Part shown: one piece after another, positions 58,310-64,000 of the stretch
How the letters are laid out: every line of letters starts with the position of its first letter
Numbering within the stretch: the first letter of the stretch is position 1
IMG/VR virus record: IMGVR_UViG_3300024262_000019
Location: 1-64,000 of that record
DNA: 64,000 nt
From: a virus
Reading direction: 5' to 3' (one strand)
Program-made: the position numbers and the translations under genes
The notes under the pieces: generated by a model
The model's input: the letters and a program-made list of their open reading frames with translations, nothing else
Told to the model about the DNA's origin: nothing
Databases searched by the model: none

Positions 58310-59920
58310 TTAATTCTGAGAGTTGCCGTCGCCCGGCAGGCCAGAGAGAGCACGGATTTCAGACAGATTGGTTCCGAGCCCGTTATAATTTTGAGCGGAC
58401 ACACCGTGACCACCCGGACCGTTATTTGATTCCTCTTGGATGTACTCCACCGTTCCGCTGTTGAGGATCCCGCGAACGCGAGATCTAGCAGATTCCAGAT
58501 CCTCTGTCATTGAGGTCTTTGGATGAGAGTGCGCGAGGACGTTGTCTACTTCGCTTTTGCTTTGAGGCTGATGAGCCTCAACCAAACTACGGGCATAATC
58601 TGCCGAAGGATGATTAACCAGACGCTGCTCAAGATAGACCTGGGAAGCAAGATGCTTGCTGGCCTCAAGAGCTTTTTCAGTAATAATCTTCTGCTCAGCA
58701 AGCTGAGCCTCAAGCCTGGCATATCGCTCATCTGCCACAGACTCTTCGAATCTTTGAGATTCAAGCTCTTCTACGATGGAACCAATACGATCATCCATCT
58801 CACGAATATTGCTGTAGTTGGAGACATCTCCAACGAGGTCACGAACTAGATCTGCGCTATCGACACCATTGAGACGCTGCTCAAGATGGAACCTGTAACC
58901 AGCCTCGCGAGCGATAGAAGCTAGTTTATCGTTCTCAAGCTGGAGGTTTACGAGCTGAAGGTCTCTGTCTGCGATGACATTCTCAAGCTCTGCGATAATC
59001 TCTTCACGCTCTTGAACGAGGTGCTCTACATCCTCTGGGATGATGTAGGGACGGAGAACATCCTTAAGCTCACCAAGGGCCATCCTGGCACCGGCGACTG
59101 ATGGGTCATTCATGAGACGCTGAGTGATGGATGCTTCCATCTCCTTCTTTGCGTCATTGATTGCAGACTCAAGCTTTTCAGCGAACTCGGCACGAAGATC
59201 TGTAGATGCTTCTTGCTTTGCGCCAGTGATTTTTCTAGCCCAAATTTCAGCAGCCTTCTTCTCGTACTCACGCTCGGCGTCGTACATGAAGCTCTGAGCT
59301 AGTTCAGGATTGCTCTCTTTGAGTTCCTTTAAAGTAATGTTTTTTTCCATAGTAGCCTCCACGAAACCAGTAGTGTCATTGCCAGAATTAGCTGCAGTAT
59401 CCTCGACGTGAACTACTGGATATGCTGATTGTTGAGCTGGATCTGCGACAAAGTCGAAGGTCATAAGTCTGTAGTCATCTTGGACTACTGACTCGCCCTT
59501 CATGTTTGGCTTTGTAGTCCCAAATCCGCGAGAGGAGACTCCGACGGCTCCACCTGCGTCAAGGATGGCCTTAAGATTGCGTCCCTGGTCGGTATCTAGA
59601 ATGTGAGCAGTCCCGATGACAACGTCACCTTCTAGGTGAAGGTCACTGATAATGTGAGAAGTACGCTTGAGCTGAGTGCGACCGTCCATTGGATGATCTA
59701 ACTCGCCATATACTTTCATCTCTGAAAGCTGTTTACCAAGACGACCAAGCTCGCGCTCCCACAACTGATGGTTGTAGAGACGCTTGTTCTCCGTAGCCCT
59801 ATCTGCGCGAGCAAATTCGCCACGGGCAACATATTTGCCGGGTCCACCCTTAGACTCTTCGAGGGCGGTAGCCCTGAAGGTCATAGTGTCTATGAGTAGT
59901 TCTTTAACGGTTCCCGACAT
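58310..59920 (-). CDS. prohead protease (T4 gp21-like) fused to coiled-coil scaffold
   Basis: N.RLY, YGELDHP, SH.I..L, T..GR.LK.ILD.G..VGVSSRG.G, FDFVADP; long acidic coiled-coil C-terminal half. Confidence 0.92.
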   Translation of the reverse strand: MSGTVKELLIDTMTFRATALEESKGGPGKYVARGEFARADRATENKRLYNHQLWERELGRLGKQLSEMKVYGELDHPMDGRTQLKRTSHIISDLHLEGDVVIGTAHILDTDQGRNLKAILDAGGAVGVSSRGFGTTKPNMKGESVVQDDYRLMTFDFVADPAQQSAYPVVHVEDTAANSGNDTTGFVEATMEKNITLKELKESNPELAQSFMYDAEREYEKKAAEIWARKITGAKQEASTDLRAEFAEKLESAINDAKKEMEASITQRLMNDPSVAGARMALGELKDVLRPYIIPEDVEHLVQEREEIIAELENVIADRDLQLVNLQLENDKLASIAREAGYRFHLEQRLNGVDSADLVRDLVGDVSNYSNIREMDDRIGSIVEELESQRFEESVADERYARLEAQLAEQKIITEKALEASKHLASQVYLEQRLVNHPSADYARSLVEAHQPQSKSEVDNVLAHSHPKTSMTEDLESARSRVRGILNSGTVEYIQEESNNGPGGHGVSAQNYNGLGTNLSEIRALSGLPGDGNSQN

Positions 59921-60143
59921 ACTTACGTGGTCCTTTCCAAAATTTGAATGAATTAGCAGATCTGGCTATCTGTCGCTGTCCAACAGTGTTGTCCAACTCG
60001 ATTGCGTTATCTGGCTTCTTGATTCTGTTTTTTGGATTCGTCCTCGACTTTACTTCGTCACTATCCATCACTTTAGCCAGCCGACCAGAGGGGTAGAAGT
60101 CCCTATTCCCTCTGGTTCCCTCGGTGGCTATCTGCCGAAAGGG
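59904..60143 (-). CDS. candidate -1 frameshift extension of the 60128-61165 protein
   Basis: C CCT TTC heptamer (60143-60137), 6-nt spacer, hairpin 60130-60074; -1 frame open for 77 codons to TAA 59906-59904, filling the gap to the protease gene. Confidence 0.65.
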   Translation of the reverse strand, partial: PFRQIATEGTRGNRDFYPSGRLAKVMDSDEVKSRTNPKNRIKKPDNAIELDNTVGQRQIARSANSFKFWKGPRKYVGNR

Positions 60144-61165
60144 CCAGCGCTCCGTGCGTGGCGAAGAGATGCCAAGCGATCACTTACGCTTTCCTTCTGC
60201 TCCTTGCCCCGCTTGCCCCGTGGCTCATCATCGTCATCGTCGTCATCGTCATCGTCGTCATCGTCGGCTTCCATCATCTCTGAGATGGCTGCGTCATACG
60301 ACTCAACGGCATCCATGAGATCGAGCGTCATGAGACGGAAGGCGTCTTTAACGGCCTCCATAGTGTCATCATCGTCGTCATCGTCATCGTCGTCATCGTC
60401 GTCCTTCTTGCGAGATTTCATCTCAACAATATCGAAGGCTTCGGCGGCGCTGTCATAGAGAGACTCCATGGCTGCGTATACGTTCTCAACATCAAAATCA
60501 TCCGAGATTTCAACGAGACGCTCTGCAAGAAGAGCTGCGTTCTCTCCGAGGAGAGAGAAACCTCTTCCGAGGTTGTCACAGTCTTCGCTAACCTGTGAGC
60601 CGTGAACCAACGCATCAAGCTCTCCGATGAGCTGAGAAGCACGGTTGACGTAGGAAGATTCAGCCTTGCCCATGCCAGCAATCTTCTTGGTGGGAGTAAG
60701 CCCTTGAGCTACATCTGGGTCTTTCCCGCCGTCGTAGTTGCCACCCTTGTTCTTATCAACAAGACGGGCACGTAGCTGCTTGTATCCGTCTGGATACTCT
60801 GCTCTTACGTTGCCATCAACTCCCTCTCGGTAGTTGGGAGCCTTGTTGTATTTACCGGCACTCCTGCCACCCATCTTAGCGCCAGCGTCCAACGGATCAT
60901 CATGATCGTCAGAATCCCTTGGAGCGATGCGAGGACGTGGCTGCCTAGCGTACTTGTTACGCGCCTTAGCGTTGATGGAGCCTTCGCTGTCATCGTTGCC
61001 GGCAAGCGTGCTTGGATCTGGAGATGGGATATCTCGTGGATTACTGGAGTTGTCACCCTCGTAAAGTCCTTCGCTGGACTCAGTGAGTTGCTTCTCAGGA
61101 AGAAGTCCAATTGCTCGGAAGTCTTCTTCGATAGTGGTGAGTAGAACTGGATACCTGTGATTCAT
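60128..61165 (-). CDS. acidic putative prohead core/internal protein
   Basis: 345 aa, AGGAG RBS, between portal and protease; two poly-Asp tracts. Confidence 0.7.
   Translation of the reverse strand: MNHRYPVLLTTIEEDFRAIGLLPEKQLTESSEGLYEGDNSSNPRDIPSPDPSTLAGNDDSEGSINAKARNKYARQPRPRIAPRDSDDHDDPLDAGAKMGGRSAGKYNKAPNYREGVDGNVRAEYPDGYKQLRARLVDKNKGGNYDGGKDPDVAQGLTPTKKIAGMGKAESSYVNRASQLIGELDALVHGSQVSEDCDNLGRGFSLLGENAALLAERLVEISDDFDVENVYAAMESLYDSAAEAFDIVEMKSRKKDDDDDDDDDDDDDTMEAVKDAFRLMTLDLMDAVESYDAAISEMMEADDDDDDDDDDDDDEPRGKRGKEQKESVSDRLASLRHARSAGPFGR
60227..60403 (-). repeat. two (GAY)13 tracts encoding poly-Asp (60227-60265 and 60365-60403)
   Basis: mixed GAC/GAT codons, 13 in each tract. Confidence 0.9.
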
Positions 61166-61194
61166 TGAGATTCTCCTAATTTGGTCAAGTAAAC

Positions 61195-62154
61195 CTAAAC
61201 GGCTCCGTCGAAAGCGCCGACCATACGCTCGATGAAACTAGTTGCCATCTCATAGCTAACCAGAGACTCGGCTATGGAGTCGTAAATGTGACCTAGGCAC
61301 ATTACGCACTGTTCGTTCACAAGAGCATCGGAAACGATTCCCCGAACTTCCTGCAGGTCTTCAATCAGATCTTCGGAGAAGAAACAAAAGTGAGATAAGA
61401 CATCCGCCTCATTCTCCTCCAGGTCACCATCTCCAACCGATTCTATAAACGGCAGATATGCCGCTTCAGCAGCATGATGAACCAACTCAAGACGCTCAAG
61501 CACGAGACCTAAGTCGGTCTCTGCGTTGTCTCGGTAGTTCTCAAATTGCTCTTCCGGTATTTCATCCGTCTCATACAATGGCTTGTACTTAGCCTCGAAT
61601 GAGTTTTCATGGATGGAACCAAGGACATCTACAATCTGCCTCTTGATCTCATCTTGCTGCTCCGCAAACACCTGTCGCCAAGGACGACCCTCGGAGAGAG
61701 CAGCAAGTGTCTCGCCAACATAATCCCTGGCCAACTCAGCCTGCGTCTGCTCTTGCAGACTAGCTAGCTGGAGGATCCTCTCAGCTGCGCCACCCACGCC
61801 TTCCGACATAAGTGAATCAACGATGCTTAGCGAGTAATCACGCATAGACCTAGCTGCGTTAGTGGAAGAAACCACCGGGACATCTAGTTGCGATAGCTCT
61901 CCAAAGACTATTGCGCCGTCCTTACTCTCGAACTTAGCCTCATAATAGGAACCTTCTGCTGTTCCAACTATGATCTTGTTCTTAAATGTAGCTACGCGAG
62001 CAATGTCCTCAGACCCATTGGTAAACAAATGACGGTTCTCACTAACAGCCTCGTCGAGGCGATGAGTGAGCTGTTCGTACGAGCCGCTTACCATCGCTCT
62101 GATGGCTTCGACTGGAACGATTTTGTCTTCTATGGAGAAAGGATTGTATGGCAT
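61195..62154 (-). CDS. acidic hypothetical head-module protein
   Basis: 319-aa ORF directly downstream of the portal gene. Confidence 0.7.
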   Translation of the reverse strand: MPYNPFSIEDKIVPVEAIRAMVSGSYEQLTHRLDEAVSENRHLFTNGSEDIARVATFKNKIIVGTAEGSYYEAKFESKDGAIVFGELSQLDVPVVSSTNAARSMRDYSLSIVDSLMSEGVGGAAERILQLASLQEQTQAELARDYVGETLAALSEGRPWRQVFAEQQDEIKRQIVDVLGSIHENSFEAKYKPLYETDEIPEEQFENYRDNAETDLGLVLERLELVHHAAEAAYLPFIESVGDGDLEENEADVLSHFCFFSEDLIEDLQEVRGIVSDALVNEQCVMCLGHIYDSIAESLVSYEMATSFIERMVGAFDGAV

Positions 62155-62178
62155 AGGTTTTCGCCCTTGCTGATGTGG

Positions 62179-62208
62179 ATACTAGAGGTAATGGAAAAGC
62201 ACTGTCAA
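62179..62208 (-). promoter_or_regulatory. sigma70-like promoter upstream of the head-core genes
   Basis: TTGACA-18 nt-TAGTAT in the intergenic gap after the portal gene. Confidence 0.5.
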
Positions 62209-62236
62209 GGAGCTGTAGATCTATTTAGTCAAACAA

Positions 62237-64000
62237 TCATCTTCCTGGCATGCCCATCTTTATCTCATTGATAAGCTGCCCTAACTCACCAAGACGCCTG
62301 GCTGTTTCATTGTTGGCGCCCATAATCGTATCTAGGTTGTCCTCAACCATTTTTTCGTGATCACGGTTTCCTTGGAATAATTCCTTCTCAGTTATTGGCC
62401 TATATCCGAGTTGCTGTCTCATTTGTGGCCATCTGCTGGACAGACCCCCAGCAGTACGTATTGAATGACGTAGATCTTCGGCAGCCTGAGTACTTCCACC
62501 CATCACTCCTGCCATTTGTTGCTGAGCTGCAGCTTGTTGGGTTTGGATCTCAGCTTGGGCAGCCTGCTGTTGGATCTGTCCCTGGTTTTGAACATCCATT
62601 TGCAGACCCATCGCCCTTGCCTGAATCTCTGCATCACTCAACTGCTCCTGGTGACGCTCTTTGATGATGTATTCGATCTCTTCTTCGCTAAGTCCAAATA
62701 CTTTCTGGAGAATCCAATGCAGAGAGACGAACTGCTGCATTCGCCCGGCGAAGTCTGCCTTGGCATTCCTGACCTCTAGCTGAGCAAGTTCGAAAATCGA
62801 ACTCGGCGTCGTCATGCAGATTTCAAAATCGACTGCGGCTGGATTGATATTCAGAGCAGCCAGGTGAACCCTGGCCATCTTCTTCATCCCGTTCCTCAGT
62901 TCGCGCTGTAAACGAAGGACAGTACGGGCAAATCGCACATCCTCCTGAGACAGCACACCCTTGGCACGCGGAGCCTCCGACCCAAGATAGACCTTGGGCA
63001 CCTTGATAGCCGCGTAGAGCTTCAGCTTGAAGTACTCGATATCCTCCATGTGCTGCCACGACGGGCTGCCCACGACATCGATTTTGGTCTGCTGCACACC
63101 CTTGCGAACAGGGACGAAGAAGTCCTCATCCTGTGACAGGGGATTATATTTCAGATCAAGCTTGCCGGTCTGGGGATTATAGAACTTGGTCTTCTTGTAC
63201 TGCTGACGGATCTTATGCAGGAATGCCATTGCCTCTTTTGGCGGCATATCTCCGACATCTATATAGAAAGCATACCGCTGAGGGGCTCGCTGCAGCCTGT
63301 AAACCATGGCCGCATCCTCAAGAAGCATAAGCCTCTTCCAGATCCACCTGGCCGGCTCAAGCATCGAGTAACCGTAGATAGACCTACGATGCCTGGAGCG
63401 CATCCGGAAGTGTGCAACCTCCCAATCCTCCAGGGCGGCGTACTTATCCTGCGTCTGAGACCCAGCACCAGCCATGCGTTGCGTCAGAAGTTGCTTAAAC
63501 TCATCCGGGCTGTACCCGAACCTGCCCTTGTAATCCTGGACAAACCCAAATAGCTCGCCTCGACGACCTTCGATTCGTCGCATCGTAGGTGGTGGCAAGA
63601 AGTTCAAGCCAACCAACCCGTCCTGCGTAACCAGAAGCTCTTCGTAGTCGTTTCCGTACTTTACTAAGGTTCTGGCTATCTCCCAGATTTCCTCATCCAT
63701 ACGAAGCCTACGCCAAAACAGATCTTCTAGAATCGTCTGGACTGTCTTGTCTGGACTGTCAATCCAGACCGCCCTGTTCTGCAAGGACTCCGTCTGAGTG
63801 GCGTCATCGGCATATATGTCAATAGCACTGTTATGAACAACAACTCCGTTACATACGAAGTTGTGATACCCAGGCACCTCCAGGTCAAAAACCTCAGGTC
63901 GCTCATCCAGCTCCTCAACCCTAACCACTCTGTGGTTATTATCGTCCTCGATCAGGTCATACCTGTCCAGGTTGCGCCTAGCGGTGCTCCATGAAACGTC
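62237..64000 (-). CDS. portal protein (T4 gp20-like), 5'-partial, intein-containing
   Basis: SAIDIYADD, YG.SMLEPAR.IWK.L.LLEDA..VYRL.RAP.R..FYIDVGDMP, Y.PLS..EDFF.P.R, EDIEYF..KL..A.KVP; frame open to the window end. Confidence 0.95.
   Translation of the reverse strand, partial: DVSWSTARRNLDRYDLIEDDNNHRVVRVEELDERPEVFDLEVPGYHNFVCNGVVVHNSAIDIYADDATQTESLQNRAVWIDSPDKTVQTILEDLFWRRLRMDEEIWEIARTLVKYGNDYEELLVTQDGLVGLNFLPPPTMRRIEGRRGELFGFVQDYKGRFGYSPDEFKQLLTQRMAGAGSQTQDKYAALEDWEVAHFRMRSRHRRSIYGYSMLEPARWIWKRLMLLEDAAMVYRLQRAPQRYAFYIDVGDMPPKEAMAFLHKIRQQYKKTKFYNPQTGKLDLKYNPLSQDEDFFVPVRKGVQQTKIDVVGSPSWQHMEDIEYFKLKLYAAIKVPKVYLGSEAPRAKGVLSQEDVRFARTVLRLQRELRNGMKKMARVHLAALNINPAAVDFEICMTTPSSIFELAQLEVRNAKADFAGRMQQFVSLHWILQKVFGLSEEEIEYIIKERHQEQLSDAEIQARAMGLQMDVQNQGQIQQQAAQAEIQTQQAAAQQQMAGVMGGSTQAAEDLRHSIRTAGGLSSRWPQMRQQLGYRPITEKELFQGNRDHEKMVEDNLDTIMGANNETARRLGELGQLINEIKMGMPGR
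63830..64000 (-). mobile_element. C-terminal end of an intein in the portal gene
   Basis: NHRVVRVE....EVFDLEVPGYHNFVCNGVVVHN followed by Ser+1. Confidence 0.92.

Noticed and set aside
60227-60403. CRISPR array or non-coding tandem repeat
   Set aside because: The repeats are in-frame Asp codons without spacers; no repeat-spacer array was seen in the window.
1-64000. Plus-strand ORFs and short nested minus-strand ORFs in the ORF track
   Set aside because: They overlap long, motif-bearing minus-strand genes and read as antisense or off-frame shadows with no recognisable motifs.
1-64000. tRNA or rRNA genes
   Set aside because: Intergenic gaps are short and none showed a cloverleaf or rRNA-like sequence by eye; tRNAscan-SE or Infernal would be needed to exclude them formally.

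Overview
This window is the virion morphogenesis region of a large tailed dsDNA bacteriophage with a T4-like head module and a contractile (myovirus) tail. Nearly all credible genes are on the minus strand. Reading from 64000 down: portal (partial, carries an intein), head-core proteins, prohead protease-scaffold fusion, gp23-like major capsid protein, neck proteins, tail terminator, sheath, two tube paralogues, tail assembly chaperone, tape measure, baseplate hub/spike/gp25/wedge proteins, then about 29 kb of paralogous fibre or appendage genes. Inserted among these are two free-standing LAGLIDADG endonucleases, a double-HNH endonuclease, a membrane HExxH peptidase, a glycosyltransferase-like gene and an FtsZ/tubulin-family GTPase with an intein in its T7 loop. 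The best signals missing from the ORF track involve translational recoding: (1) a candidate -1 frameshift in a head-core gene (C CCT TTC, 6-nt spacer, long hairpin, 77-codon extension); (2) the classical -1 frameshift of the tail chaperone; (3) an in-frame TGA at codon 7 after the apparent start of the tape-measure gene. Also noted are a 14-bp palindrome present three times (twice directly before inserted genes) and a ~115-aa plug-in domain found four times in three virion proteins, nested inside other domains in the sheath. All product calls come from motifs read by eye and from gene order; no database search was run and the host cannot be identified.
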